Shown here piece by piece: positions 8,784 through 19,670 of a DNA stretch of 64,000 nucleotides (the stretch's first letter is position 1; every line of letters begins with the position of its first letter). The notes beneath the pieces were generated by a model. It had not been told where the DNA came from. It ran no database searches and saw only the letters and a program-made list of their open reading frames with translations. The stretch is taken from the NCBI GenBank assembly GCA_963664225.1, contig OY760937.1, forward strand, positions 2,880,001 to 2,944,000, in the 5' to 3' direction. The translations under genes were made by a program, and so were the position numbers. The stretch is from Verrucomicrobiia bacterium (GTDB taxonomy: Bacteria; Verrucomicrobiota; Verrucomicrobiia; Limisphaerales; UBA1319).

Positions 8784-10847
8784 TCACTTGGCCAGCGGAG
8801 TCCAGCGAAACATCATTACGTGATTCAATCCAGCGTTTTCCAGGAACATAACGTATTCGCCGCTTTTACGGAGCGTCACGTTCAGGGCGTTGTCTGAGTC
8901 AACGCAACCACCACTCCCCTTGAAGCCGTTGATGTCGGGCCGGATCGTGCCGACGCAACCTCCATCATCCAGCCGGTGGACACGGACAAGGCCGTAGCCG
9001 TATGCGACGAAGAGGTATTTACCGCAGGCCTGCATCGCCACCGGCGCGCCGCCGCCGTAGTTGATATTGGGAGTGTATGACTTGTCGTTGAGCGGCAAAT
9101 TGATCGTCCACCGCTTGATCCTTCGGGCTGGATTGGACCAATGCTCAAAACAGATCAAAAGGTTGCAGGCATTCTCCTCGGTGCCGGGCGAACCGCCAGC
9201 GATCAGCACATCGTCTCCGGGGATGTAGAACAGCCGGCGAAGCCGGTCGCCGGTGAACTCCGTCGGGTAAGGGTATGACACCTCGGAGGCCCGGCGATAG
9301 ATCGGGTTACCGTGCGGATCAAGCCCCTCGCAAGGAAGATGGAAAATGGTCCCGTCCCCAGAGCATTGCCAGATGCCAGCAGCGACGTCCAGGTGCATGA
9401 ACCCCCAACGGGGCTTCCGTCCCACTGAGGCGAACTCTGAGGGGTCAGGGACTCCGTCGCCGTTGCCGTCGGTCCAGATGAGGGTTTCAGCGTCCTCCGG
9501 CCAACGCTTGCCGTTCTCCGGGCGCCAGGTGCTGGCTCCCGCCATGTACCCGCACGGCACAGCGACACACCCTTGGCCGAACTTGTAAATCTCCAGATTG
9601 CCCGTGCCCTGGGCGCCGCAGTAGAGGAAGAGTTTGCCACCGATCCGCCGCACGCCATTGATCAAGCGATGGCTCGGGCCGTGGAGATCGGTCACCCGGC
9701 AATCGAGGGGATACTTGAAGCGATCTACTGTCAATCCAGCCAGGGACTGTTCACTGCCAGGCGGTTTGCTCCAGTCCATGATGAAGAGGTTTTCCTTGGT
9801 GTAAACGACGTTCTCATCGGCTGGGTCAGTGCAGGCGGTGTCCAGCCAATTACCCAATCCATATACATGCCAGAGTCGTTCGCCCGCGGGGGAATAGGCC
9901 TCGATCAAAGCGTTGTACCAGGAGCCAAAGACAGTGCCGACGTAGAGATTACCGGCTGCGTCGAACCCAAGGCCTCGGATCCAGTGGAATTTCCTGGGCT
10001 GGCCTTTCCCCGGCTCGCCCGAGAAGATGCCGCCCTCCTCACCGAACGTGCCCACCTTTCTGGGAATGTTTGAGACATCGTAGGTCCATATCTGGCTATG
10101 TCGGTTCAACCCACCGACCAACAGGTAACCCTTGGAATCCACCGCCAACGCGCAAGGGCGCTCGAAGTCCGCGATCTCCGGTCCGGGCTTACCATCCTTT
10201 GAAAACGAGAGGATCTTGAGGCCGCCGGTCTCGAAAGGCTCCCTGCCAGATGTGCCTTGAATGACCCAGATCCGACCGTCCGCACCAATCGCAACCGGTC
10301 CCGGGCTTGGGACGGCCAATGCGCGTACCTCCTTCATCGTCGACGTCGCCAGAACACGAATCTTGCCGGTGGCGTAGTCGCTCATGTAGAGCTCGCCACC
10401 CTTGAGGGCCAAGCCCTTGATATCGCCGCCGGTAATCGGCGAGCGGTTGTAGGATTCGTCTCCACGGCGGGTCCGAAACAGGCCAATCCCAGTGCCAATG
10501 TAAATGTAGGAGTCGTCTGCGGCGACCGCTGACGAGCTGCTGCCAAAACCGCTGTCATAGTCGTATTTGGTGACAAACCGGCCGTCCTTATACGAGGCGA
10601 CCCCGCCGTAGCCCTCAGCCACGCCGGAGGTGAAGACCGTCCCATCCGGTGTTACGGAAAGGCTGCTTATGTTGACTGGCACTGACTGATGCCCCTGATC
10701 CCTGCTGAACGAGTTCGCCAGCCAGGAATGAATCACCGAACCCGGCATGCTGCCGCCAGTGGCGGGTGGTACGGTATTCGTCGAGTTTTGGGCTTGAACC
10801 GCCGTGACGATGAGCAGGGAAATGGAGAGAATGACGATGTTTGTCAT
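8784..10847 (-). CDS. Secreted beta-propeller (NHL/SMP-30-like repeat) protein
   Basis: Signal peptide (..TAVQAQ); repeats PGPVAIGADGRIWV, PCALAVDSKGYLLV, GLGFDAAGNLYV; 4-nt ATGA overlap with upstream gene. Confidence 0.7.
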   Translation of the reverse strand: MTNIVILSISLLIVTAVQAQNSTNTVPPATGGSMPGSVIHSWLANSFSRDQGHQSVPVNISSLSVTPDGTVFTSGVAEGYGGVASYKDGRFVTKYDYDSGFGSSSSAVAADDSYIYIGTGIGLFRTRRGDESYNRSPITGGDIKGLALKGGELYMSDYATGKIRVLATSTMKEVRALAVPSPGPVAIGADGRIWVIQGTSGREPFETGGLKILSFSKDGKPGPEIADFERPCALAVDSKGYLLVGGLNRHSQIWTYDVSNIPRKVGTFGEEGGIFSGEPGKGQPRKFHWIRGLGFDAAGNLYVGTVFGSWYNALIEAYSPAGERLWHVYGLGNWLDTACTDPADENVVYTKENLFIMDWSKPPGSEQSLAGLTVDRFKYPLDCRVTDLHGPSHRLINGVRRIGGKLFLYCGAQGTGNLEIYKFGQGCVAVPCGYMAGASTWRPENGKRWPEDAETLIWTDGNGDGVPDPSEFASVGRKPRWGFMHLDVAAGIWQCSGDGTIFHLPCEGLDPHGNPIYRRASEVSYPYPTEFTGDRLRRLFYIPGDDVLIAGGSPGTEENACNLLICFEHWSNPARRIKRWTINLPLNDKSYTPNINYGGGAPVAMQACGKYLFVAYGYGLVRVHRLDDGGCVGTIRPDINGFKGSGGCVDSDNALNVTLRKSGEYVMFLENAGLNHVMMFRWTPLAK

Positions 10848-11626
10848 TTGTTCGAATCAGGTCTTTTTGGAGACGAGCTCGGAGATTGCGAGACCATCCT
10901 TAACACCTCTGCATCACTGATGGCCAGGTTGTAAAGCCGCACGTCATCGAGACGTCCATGAAAACAATCCACCCAGGATTTTCCCTGGGAATTAGAGTTG
11001 CCTCCAATGAGAAGAGGATTGTGATCCGCGAATTTGAACGGAATCGTGCAAGGTGCCGATTTCACCAGGCGCCCGTTAACGTAAAGCCGGAGCATGGCGT
11101 TGTCATAGGTTCCGGCAAGGTGAATCCACTCACTGGTGGGCAGGTCTTCGTCGCTCTTGATATTCTGGTAATGCGCGCCGTCCGGATCCACGGAGAACAG
11201 CGCTTTGTTCTTCACTACCGCCAGCCCGAAGTATTCCGACGCTCCATCCTTCACTTCACGCGACAGGACGGTGTTCCAAGTGGTGTCGGCATTGCGATTC
11301 ACCCAGGCGGTTACACTGATGCCGCTCTTGAAGTCGTCCAACAGGGCGGTATGCGGAACTTCGATCAGCGCATCCTGGTGGCATTCGATGCCTCCTCCCG
11401 CCTTTCCTGCGGCAGGGACGGCACCCCGCAATATGCCATCGTGGCCATTTCGGGAAGTGTCCTTCGCGATGTCGTTTCCCGCTGCGTCGAAACTCCATGC
11501 GGCAACCAATTCGCCGCTCGCAGATTCGTCCGCGCTGACGGCGACAGTCCAGCCGGCGCAACCCAACGCCACGAACACACTGACGAATAAGTTTTTCATA
11601 AGATCTGAAGAATGTGAATGACTCAT
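10844..11626 (-). CDS. Secreted LamG-like jellyroll protein
   Basis: LVAAWSFD, ISVTAWV, EWIHLAGTYD...LRLYVNG, FHGRLDDVRLYN. Confidence 0.9.
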   Translation of the reverse strand: MSHSHSSDLMKNLFVSVFVALGCAGWTVAVSADESASGELVAAWSFDAAGNDIAKDTSRNGHDGILRGAVPAAGKAGGGIECHQDALIEVPHTALLDDFKSGISVTAWVNRNADTTWNTVLSREVKDGASEYFGLAVVKNKALFSVDPDGAHYQNIKSDEDLPTSEWIHLAGTYDNAMLRLYVNGRLVKSAPCTIPFKFADHNPLLIGGNSNSQGKSWVDCFHGRLDDVRLYNLAISDAEVLRMVSQSPSSSPKRPDSNK

Positions 11627-13044
11627 TGTTTGCCTGTGGTATCAAGCACCAGCACCCAGTCGCCATCGGTCGGCGGCTCGAAAGCGATGCGCTTCTTTTC
11701 AACAAACTCACCAATGCGCAGGGCCTCGCCATTGCCGGGATTGAACCACCACGCGTTCACCACGGTGCCGGAGAGTTTGGTTAGATCGATCGTGAGCTTT
11801 CGCTTCGTGGGCAGATAGCTCAGCGCAAAGGAGCCGTCGTTCGCCAGTGCGGTCACTGCATAGTTGTTGGTCGCGTACACGCCGCGGCCCTCAACGGCCA
11901 CAACGTTCCGCACGTCGGGCATGAGCTTCCACCAGGGGCGGGATTCCAGGAGGGCGCGAAAATGTTTCAAGCTGGCCGCTCCCGGCTGTGCCATCACCTG
12001 GCGCCAGTTCGGCGGCAAAATCCAGTTTGGCGAGCCGTAGGCGTGACCGCAACCGCCACTCAGCACGCACGAGTAAGCGTTTTTGCGCGCCTGCACCGCA
12101 TTGCCCCATGAATCATGCTCGCCTTCGTAGGTGGATTCACCCAGGAAAAACGGACGCACAGGAATTTTGGCAAATTCGGCATGGCTGACTTCGTAAACAT
12201 CCGGCATGTCCTGGGTCCACGCCTTGTTGAAACCACGAAAATAGGTATAGACCATCGAAACATCCAGCCAGCGTTCGTCCGCAGGCCAAATATCAGTGCT
12301 CGAATGCGAGGAGGAGGCGTGATACGTGATGAGTTGTTGGGGTGCGGTGTCTTTCAATCCAAGACCAAGCTGGCGTATCTCCTCGCGGGCATTGTCAGGG
12401 TCGATGTCACCGCCCAGAATCCAGATCACGTTGGCAAACTTGCCGTAGCGTTTTCCCAGCCAGCGCCCGAACTCGCGGGACTTTGCGGCCCCATTGGCGT
12501 TGAGCGGCTTGGGGGCGCCGTCCTTCTCCACACCGGCCCAGCCTTCTCCACAACATCCCGACCACGCCGGAGCGATGGCCAGAAGCAGGTTCAACTTCTC
12601 CGCCTGCGCCACGACCTTGTCCACATGTGCAAAATACTTCTCATTCGGCCGGGCGAAATCCTGTTCCGGGAGCGTCCCGGCAAACGGCGATTCCCCCGCG
12701 CGATTGGTCCCGCCAAGGAAGCCGGTAAGCATGACCTGGACGGTATTGAAACCTTGGGCACGGCGACCCGCGAGATATTCGGCGGCTTCTGCTTCGGTCA
12801 GTTTAAGAAAAATCATCCAGGCCGTGTCGGCGTTATAGAGGTAGGGCGTCCCGCGCTGGTCCTGTAGATGACGGCGATTCTCACTGATCTTGAGCGGAAA
12901 GGCGGGTTTTTTATCGGGGACAGATAGCAGCATGCCGGGAAGCCCCGCTACACCAGGATTCTTTTCCATGGACGGTGCTTCCGCTGTTCCGCCGTTAGCC
13001 ACACTCATCACCACCAAAGCCATTACCAATAAAAACGGGTTCAT
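11623..13044 (-). CDS. GH140-like glycoside hydrolase (DUF4038 plus collagen-binding-like C-terminal domain), candidate apiosidase
   Basis: Signal peptide; PYLYNADTAW, RRAQGFNTVQ, PNEKYFAHVD, NVIWILGGD, LITYH, GESTYEG, GHAYG; C-terminal AWWFNPGNG...DWVLVL. Confidence 0.85.
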   Translation of the reverse strand: MNPFLLVMALVVMSVANGGTAEAPSMEKNPGVAGLPGMLLSVPDKKPAFPLKISENRRHLQDQRGTPYLYNADTAWMIFLKLTEAEAAEYLAGRRAQGFNTVQVMLTGFLGGTNRAGESPFAGTLPEQDFARPNEKYFAHVDKVVAQAEKLNLLLAIAPAWSGCCGEGWAGVEKDGAPKPLNANGAAKSREFGRWLGKRYGKFANVIWILGGDIDPDNAREEIRQLGLGLKDTAPQQLITYHASSSHSSTDIWPADERWLDVSMVYTYFRGFNKAWTQDMPDVYEVSHAEFAKIPVRPFFLGESTYEGEHDSWGNAVQARKNAYSCVLSGGCGHAYGSPNWILPPNWRQVMAQPGAASLKHFRALLESRPWWKLMPDVRNVVAVEGRGVYATNNYAVTALANDGSFALSYLPTKRKLTIDLTKLSGTVVNAWWFNPGNGEALRIGEFVEKKRIAFEPPTDGDWVLVLDTTGKQ

Positions 13045-13438
13045 TTCTAATTCGTTTTAACAATTTGCTCAGTTTCCCAATGTGAATAACGAAAACTAGC
13101 ACGCTGATAATGGCAGAAATAGAATTTTAAGATCAGATTTTAGGATGAAATTGACTCCATGCACGGCAGCGATTTAATCCTGTTTATAAGGAAACATGCG
13201 CCACCAGCCACGCGACCGTTAACTGTTCCTGCGCGCGCCGCATCTGCAAACACACTCTTTCTGCGCCACTGCGCCTGGAAATCAATCTGATCGCCATCAA
13301 AACCATCGCCGATTCTGGGATGATTTATGTAAATGCCCGGCAGACTGAACGATGATTCCCGCCATGTTGCGAGTGGTGAATATTTTGAAAGTCACGGGAT
13401 CTGCTACGGTGTTAATTTTGTCCTAATTATTTATCAAT

Positions 13439-16400
13439 GTGTCCTATCGCCTGGCATGGGTTGGAGGCAGGCTGCTTAAGATGCTTGCGCCCTGGTTCCA
13501 ATGCTTTTGCCTGACCCTCGGAATGTTGATGCTCGCTGCGCCATCTGTGCGCGCGGATGCAACCCTGGTTTTCAATGAAGTGATGTACCACCCCGCCACG
13601 AACGAGGCGGCGATGGAATGGGTGGAATTGTACAACCAATTGGCGGTGGATCTGGATGTGTCCGGATGGAACCTCAGTGGAGACATTGGGTATGCTTTTC
13701 CCTCCGGAACACGGGTCCCGGGCCGCAGTTTCATCGTCGTGGCCATTGACCCGGCCGCGCTCCATGCGGCCACCGGATTGACCAATATTCAGGGGCCTTT
13801 TACCAACCGTCTGGACAATGGCGGTGGCACGCTGCGCCTGCGCAACAACAATGGCCGGGTGATGGATGAGGTCCGTTACAGGTCCGAGGGCGAATGGCCG
13901 GTGGCGTCCAACGGCGCAGGGCCCTCTCTGTCCAAGGTGGACGAGGACGCGGGCAGCGCTGACCCCTCCCATTGGCGTGCCAGCCTCCAATTGGGTGGAA
14001 GTCCCGGGACCATGAACATGCCGCCGACTACAACCAACACGCTCAGGCGTATGCTGGTGCCGCTCAACCAGACCTGGAATTACGACCAATCAGGCGCCGA
14101 CCGGGGCACGGGCTGGAAGGAGCCGGGCTTCGATGACTCCGCATGGCCCGCAGGCCGGGGTGTGCTGGCGGTGGAGGATAATGCCGCTGTGAGATCCCTG
14201 ACGAACACCACGCTTTCGCTGACCGGTGCTTCCGGCCAACCGGTCATCACCTACTATTTCCGCACCCATTTCGCTTTCACCAACGACCTGGTGAACCTCA
14301 TTTTGTGTGCCTCCAATTTGCTCGATGATGGGGCGGTGGCGTATCTGAACGGGACTGAGGTTTATCGGTATCGGATCGCCTCTGATCAGAATTCCCAAAC
14401 CCTGGCAGGGAACCAGACCGGCGAAGGGGTGCTCGAAACCACCAATTTCTGGAGCTCCGCCTTGCGCCAGGGCGATAATGTCCTCGCGGTGGAGGTGCAT
14501 CAGGTCAACACCGGCAGTTCCGACGTGGTGTTCGGGTTGCAATTGGACGAGATCACGGTCATCACCAATAATCCCGCTGGCTCTGTCGCCGCCAGCCTGC
14601 CCGTGGCATTCAATGAAATCTCCTCCGTCACCAACGCGGAGTTCTGGGTTGAACTGGTCAATCTCTCCACGCAGAGCGTCGCACTGGACCACTGCGTGCT
14701 GGGCCGCTTCGGCAACGTCAATGAACGCGAATTCGTGATCCCGGCCCGCACTCTGACAGCGGGGGAGCACTTGGTTCTCGATCGCGCAACGTTGGGCTTC
14801 GGTGCGGACCCGGGTGACCGGGTGGCGCTCTTTGCACCGGGCAAGGCGGCGGTACTCGATGCCGTGGTGGCCGGAAGCCACTCCCGCGCCCGCCTGCCGG
14901 AAGGCATTGGAGAGTGGCTAAGGCCCAGTGAACCGACTCCCGGCGCGACCAACCGTTTCGCGCTCTGTGAGCAGATTGTGATCAACGAGATCATGTACCG
15001 CCACAAGCCTCATCCATCGGTGAACGGGCTGCCGGCACAGGGCAATCCCGAGGAATGGATCGAGTTGTTCAATCGCGGCACGAACGCGGTGGACCTGACC
15101 GGATGGGCTTTGAAAGGTGGCATCGACTACGCTTTTGCGCCGGGCAAAACTCTTTTGCCTGGGGCCTTCCTGGTGGTCGCCAAAGATGCAGCCATCCTGC
15201 GCGCGGCCTACCCGGCCTGCGACATCGTCGGGAACTTCAGCGGGAAGCTCTCGTCCAGGGGGGAGCTTCTGCAGTTGGAAGATGCGGGCGGCAACCCGGC
15301 GGATGAGGTGCGTTATTATACTTCCGGGCATTGGTCGGAGTACGCGAACGGCGGCGGATCCAGTCTGGAATTGCGGGATCCGGAGGCCGACAACTCGAAG
15401 GCGGAGGCGTGGGCGGCGAGCGACGAGAGCAGCAAATCCGAATGGCACACCTACTCTTACCGGATGGTGGCGCAGGCCAGCCTGGCGGCCAGTGCGGACG
15501 GGCAATGGCGCGAGTTCCTGCTGGGTCTGCTGGGCGAAGGTGAATGTCTGGTGGACGACATTCGCGTGGTGCAATTGCCCGCGAACAATCCCGTTTCCCT
15601 CCTGAGCAACGGCGATTTCGAGAATGGCCAGACCGAATGGCGGGTGCTCGGGACGCACGCCGCCAGCCGGGTGATCCCGGAACCGGGCAACCCCGGCAAC
15701 CATGTGCTGCGCGTTGTCGCCACCGGGCCGCAGGAGCACATGAACAATCATATCGAAACCACGCTGGCGGGCGGCCAGAGCGTGGCGAACGGGCAGCTTT
15801 ATGAAATTTCTTACCGGGCCAGGTGGCTTGCCGGAAACAGCCGCTTGAATACCCGGCTGTGGTTTAACCGCGTGGCACATACGACTGAATTGGCGGTGCC
15901 GCAAGAGAACGGCACGCCCGGCGCGCGCAATTCCCGCTGGGAGGCGAACCTCGGGCCGACCTTCGCGAAATTCCGACACCAGCCGGTGGTGCCGAACGCG
16001 GGCGCCCCGGTCACAGTGTTCGCGCAAGCAGAGGATCCGCAGGGAGTGGCCTACTGCCAGGTGTTCTGGTCCGCCGCCGGCGGTGTGTTCACGAGCGCGC
16101 CCATGACCCGGCAGCAGGACGGGATGTTTGCGGGCGCCATTCCCGGCTTCGCGGCGGGCACCATCGTGCAGTTCTACGTGCGGGCTGTGGATGGCTTGGG
16201 GAGGGTGGGTACGTTCCCGGCGCGCGGGCCCGGCGGTGGCGCGCTTTACAAGGTCAACGACGGCCAGGCCAATGTGAGCCTCAAGCACAATATCCGCATC
16301 ATCACCACGCCGGCGAATGCCGCGCTCCTGCACGCGGACACCAACGTGATGAGCAACGACAACCTGCCATGCACGGTCATCTACGACGAGCGCCTCGCCT

Positions 16401-19357
16401 ATTACGAGGCGGGCGTGCGGCTTAAGGCGAGCATGAACGGCCGACCGTTCCCGGACCGGGTTGGTTTCCACCTGTCCTTCCAGCCAGATCAACTGTTCCG
16501 AGGTGTGCATGCGGCCATGGGACTGGACCGCCGTCCAGGCGATTCCTCTCCAAAAAACGAGGAGATCGTCGTCCGCCACATCGCCCTGGCCGCGGGCGGT
16601 GTCCCCGTCATGCACCTGGATGTGGCCCACGTGCTGTCCCCGCGCGGAACCGAAAACGGCCCGGCACTGCTGACGCCGAGCTACGAAGATGAATTCATTG
16701 AAACGGCATTCGAGGGAGGTGGCGACGGACTGCTCTTCGAGATGGAAGGTCCTTACGTTTCAACCACGTCCAATGCGCAAGGTTACAAGCTGCCCCAGCC
16801 CAACAATTCAGGGAATTACGTGGACGTGGCCGACCGGGGGGACGACCAGGAGGTTTACCGCTACCACTACATCCAAAAGAACCACCACGACGAGGACAAC
16901 TACGCGCCCTTGATCGCGCTTTCCAAAGCGTTCAGCCAGAGTGGCGCGGCGCTGGAGCCGCAGACCGCCCAGCTCATGGACCTCGAGCAGTGGCTGCGGG
17001 CCTATGCCGTCCTCACCCTCTGCGGGGTCAATGACACCTACACATTCTGGCTCCAGCACAATATGATGATGTATTTTCGCCCCTCCGATCACAAGATGGT
17101 CTATTTGATGTGGGATAATGATTTTTCCTTCGCCCGTTCGGCGACCTCCAGCATCGTCGGCGACCAAAATCTGGGCAAAATCATCAACCTCCCTGTCAAC
17201 CTGCGCGTGCTCTACGCCCAGATGCTCGACCTGATGGACACAACCTATAACACGAACTACATGTCCTACTGGCTGGGTCACTACGGCCCCTTCTCCGGCG
17301 CAAGCTACACAGCCCGGTTGAGCTACATTCAGCAGCGCACCGATTACGTCAGGAGCGTCATTGCCAGTGCGGGCGGCAATAAGGCCTTCAGCGTCAGCGC
17401 CACCAACCTGAGTGTCAGCGCAAGCAACCTCGTCACGCTGACCGGCAGCGCGCCCGTGTGGGTGAAAACCATCACCGTGAACGGCGTGGCCTGGCCTGTG
17501 ACATGGACCAGCCTGACCGGCTGGACGCTGAAAGTGCCGCTGAGTGCCGCCACGAACTCCCTGCAGATTGCCGGGCTGGACTTGCGCGGCAACCGCGTCA
17601 CCAACGCCGCCTTCACCGCCACGGCCGTCGTCAGCGCACCGCTGGAATCTCCGATGGGCCGCGTGGTCTTCAACGAAATCATGTTTCACGCCGCCGTGCC
17701 GGATGCGGAATTCGTCGAACTCTTCAATCGCTCCACCAACACCACTTTCGATCTCTCCGGCTGGCGTGTAAACGGACTCGACTATACTTTCCCACCGGGG
17801 AGTTCCATTTCGCCGCGCGCTTATCTGGTGTTGGCGAAGAACCGGTCGGCATTCGCCACGGCCTACGGTGGCCCGGGCGCCCAATTCGATGAGTATGGCG
17901 GCGACCTCCAACCCGACGGGGAAACCCTCACACTCGTCCAACCTGGAGCCACTCCCGCTGAGGACGTTGCGATTGACCAGGTGCGCTACGAAGGCGCGCT
18001 GCCATGGGCGGCCGTGGCGGCCGACGGCACCGGATCGTCCTATCAATTGGTTGACGCCAGCCAGGACAACAGCCGTGCGGGCAACTGGACCGCCCGTTAC
18101 AACCCGGCTGTTAACCCGGCGGGCCTCTCCACGCCCGGCACGGCCAACCAGTGGAATGCCACCCTGCCAGCGTTCCCAACGCTATGGATCAACGAAGCCC
18201 AGATGGAGCACACGGCGGGGCTGTTCGATAATCACGGCGAACCGGATCCATGGATCGAACTCTACAACGACGGCGCCAATACGGTGTCGCTCGACGGACT
18301 CTACCTTTCCGGCACTTATACGAACCTTGCCAACTGGGCTTTTCCTGCGGGTTGCAGCCTCGGCTCAAAGCAATTCCTCGTCATTTTCTGCGACGCGCAA
18401 GCTTCCCAGACTGCCAGCAACCAACTCCACACCAGTTTCCGGCTGCCACCCGGCTCCGGTTCGGTCGCGCTGTCCCGTTTATACAACGGCCAGCCGCAGG
18501 TGCTGGACTATGTCAATTATCGAAACCTGCCTGAGAACCACAGCTTTGGCTCACTCCCGGATGGCCAACCGTTTGGTCGTCAGCAATTCGTTTATTCCAC
18601 TCCCTTGGGCGCAAACGATGGACGCGCCGCGCCGGTGACGCTCTTCATCAACGAGTGGATGGCAGAAAATAAACAGGCATTGGCGGATCCGGCGGACAGG
18701 GACTGCGAGGATTGGTTTGAAGTTTTCAATCCAGGCACCAACCTCGTGGATCTGGCGGGCTGTTACATGACCGATACGCTCACCGACCCATTCAAGTACT
18801 GCGTCACGACCAATGGTGCTCACATCATTCCGCCTCAGGGCCACCTGCTGGTCTGGGCAGACGAAGAAACGGAGCAAAACACCGATGCCTCGGGCAACCC
18901 ACGCCCGGACTTGCATGTTAATTTCAGACTGGCGGCGACTGGGGAGGAGATCGGATTGTTCGCGCCCGACGGCACGCGGATTAACGCCGTCACTTTCGGC
19001 CCGCAAACCAACGATGTGAGCGTGGGCCGGTATCCCGATGGCGCGGCGCGTTTTGTTACCATGCCGGGAACCGGCAGCCCTCGCGAGACCAACCGTATTT
19101 CTGTGGCCAATACCGCGCCGGTGTTCATGATCGGACCGCAATCCGGTGGCGGCCTGGAATTGCGCTGGGAGGCCCGGTCCGACCAAAATTACTGCCTGGA
19201 TTACAAGGACGATCTCGGCGCGCCCTGTTGGACGCCGTTCTGGACCAACACCGCACAGAATGGCGTTCAATTTCTGACCGTCCCCACCACAAATTCGGCG
19301 CGTTTTTTCCGAATCCGCTCCGAACCAGTCCAGTCCAACGGGCCTGGCATCTGGTGA
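13439..19357 (+). CDS. Large secreted lamin-tail-domain / CotH-kinase-like protein (1972 aa)
   Basis: Repeated LTD motifs (FNEVMYHP, INEIMY, EWIELFN...VDLTGW); CotH-like segment (MDLEQWLRAYAV...NDTY...HNMMMY...WDNDFSF). Confidence 0.88.
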   Translation: MSYRLAWVGGRLLKMLAPWFQCFCLTLGMLMLAAPSVRADATLVFNEVMYHPATNEAAMEWVELYNQLAVDLDVSGWNLSGDIGYAFPSGTRVPGRSFIVVAIDPAALHAATGLTNIQGPFTNRLDNGGGTLRLRNNNGRVMDEVRYRSEGEWPVASNGAGPSLSKVDEDAGSADPSHWRASLQLGGSPGTMNMPPTTTNTLRRMLVPLNQTWNYDQSGADRGTGWKEPGFDDSAWPAGRGVLAVEDNAAVRSLTNTTLSLTGASGQPVITYYFRTHFAFTNDLVNLILCASNLLDDGAVAYLNGTEVYRYRIASDQNSQTLAGNQTGEGVLETTNFWSSALRQGDNVLAVEVHQVNTGSSDVVFGLQLDEITVITNNPAGSVAASLPVAFNEISSVTNAEFWVELVNLSTQSVALDHCVLGRFGNVNEREFVIPARTLTAGEHLVLDRATLGFGADPGDRVALFAPGKAAVLDAVVAGSHSRARLPEGIGEWLRPSEPTPGATNRFALCEQIVINEIMYRHKPHPSVNGLPAQGNPEEWIELFNRGTNAVDLTGWALKGGIDYAFAPGKTLLPGAFLVVAKDAAILRAAYPACDIVGNFSGKLSSRGELLQLEDAGGNPADEVRYYTSGHWSEYANGGGSSLELRDPEADNSKAEAWAASDESSKSEWHTYSYRMVAQASLAASADGQWREFLLGLLGEGECLVDDIRVVQLPANNPVSLLSNGDFENGQTEWRVLGTHAASRVIPEPGNPGNHVLRVVATGPQEHMNNHIETTLAGGQSVANGQLYEISYRARWLAGNSRLNTRLWFNRVAHTTELAVPQENGTPGARNSRWEANLGPTFAKFRHQPVVPNAGAPVTVFAQAEDPQGVAYCQVFWSAAGGVFTSAPMTRQQDGMFAGAIPGFAAGTIVQFYVRAVDGLGRVGTFPARGPGGGALYKVNDGQANVSLKHNIRIITTPANAALLHADTNVMSNDNLPCTVIYDERLAYYEAGVRLKASMNGRPFPDRVGFHLSFQPDQLFRGVHAAMGLDRRPGDSSPKNEEIVVRHIALAAGGVPVMHLDVAHVLSPRGTENGPALLTPSYEDEFIETAFEGGGDGLLFEMEGPYVSTTSNAQGYKLPQPNNSGNYVDVADRGDDQEVYRYHYIQKNHHDEDNYAPLIALSKAFSQSGAALEPQTAQLMDLEQWLRAYAVLTLCGVNDTYTFWLQHNMMMYFRPSDHKMVYLMWDNDFSFARSATSSIVGDQNLGKIINLPVNLRVLYAQMLDLMDTTYNTNYMSYWLGHYGPFSGASYTARLSYIQQRTDYVRSVIASAGGNKAFSVSATNLSVSASNLVTLTGSAPVWVKTITVNGVAWPVTWTSLTGWTLKVPLSAATNSLQIAGLDLRGNRVTNAAFTATAVVSAPLESPMGRVVFNEIMFHAAVPDAEFVELFNRSTNTTFDLSGWRVNGLDYTFPPGSSISPRAYLVLAKNRSAFATAYGGPGAQFDEYGGDLQPDGETLTLVQPGATPAEDVAIDQVRYEGALPWAAVAADGTGSSYQLVDASQDNSRAGNWTARYNPAVNPAGLSTPGTANQWNATLPAFPTLWINEAQMEHTAGLFDNHGEPDPWIELYNDGANTVSLDGLYLSGTYTNLANWAFPAGCSLGSKQFLVIFCDAQASQTASNQLHTSFRLPPGSGSVALSRLYNGQPQVLDYVNYRNLPENHSFGSLPDGQPFGRQQFVYSTPLGANDGRAAPVTLFINEWMAENKQALADPADRDCEDWFEVFNPGTNLVDLAGCYMTDTLTDPFKYCVTTNGAHIIPPQGHLLVWADEETEQNTDASGNPRPDLHVNFRLAATGEEIGLFAPDGTRINAVTFGPQTNDVSVGRYPDGAARFVTMPGTGSPRETNRISVANTAPVFMIGPQSGGGLELRWEARSDQNYCLDYKDDLGAPCWTPFWTNTAQNGVQFLTVPTTNSARFFRIRSEPVQSNGPGIW

Positions 19358-19670
19358 TGGAATTGGGATGGTATAAATTGTAGGAAAATCACATGGATGG
19401 ACGGAGTGGAGACGCAGGTGATAAATCGTCCTTGGTCGTGATAAGGGACATATGCGGGGCAGTAGCCCGACTTTCGATTCTGGGCGGATATTTTGAAGGA
19501 GGCCGCCCCAAAGGTCTTCACTAAAGAGCGATGCTCTTTGCGGTTTTTTTTGCTTTGTTGGCAGGCATCGCAAGCACCGGGCCACAGACTGTGCCTGATT
19601 ACCGGTAAGAGCCGGATTCACATGGCGCTTCCAAATTTTGGCCGGTGGCCAAAAAATGGAGCCACCCTGA

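Noticed and set aside
13427..19621. Long antisense ORFs (e.g. 14918-16630, 16808-18046; also 22200-23558, 36637-37869, 62950-63987)
   Set aside because: Shadow frames of GC-rich genes with clear motifs on the other strand; no recognisable domains.
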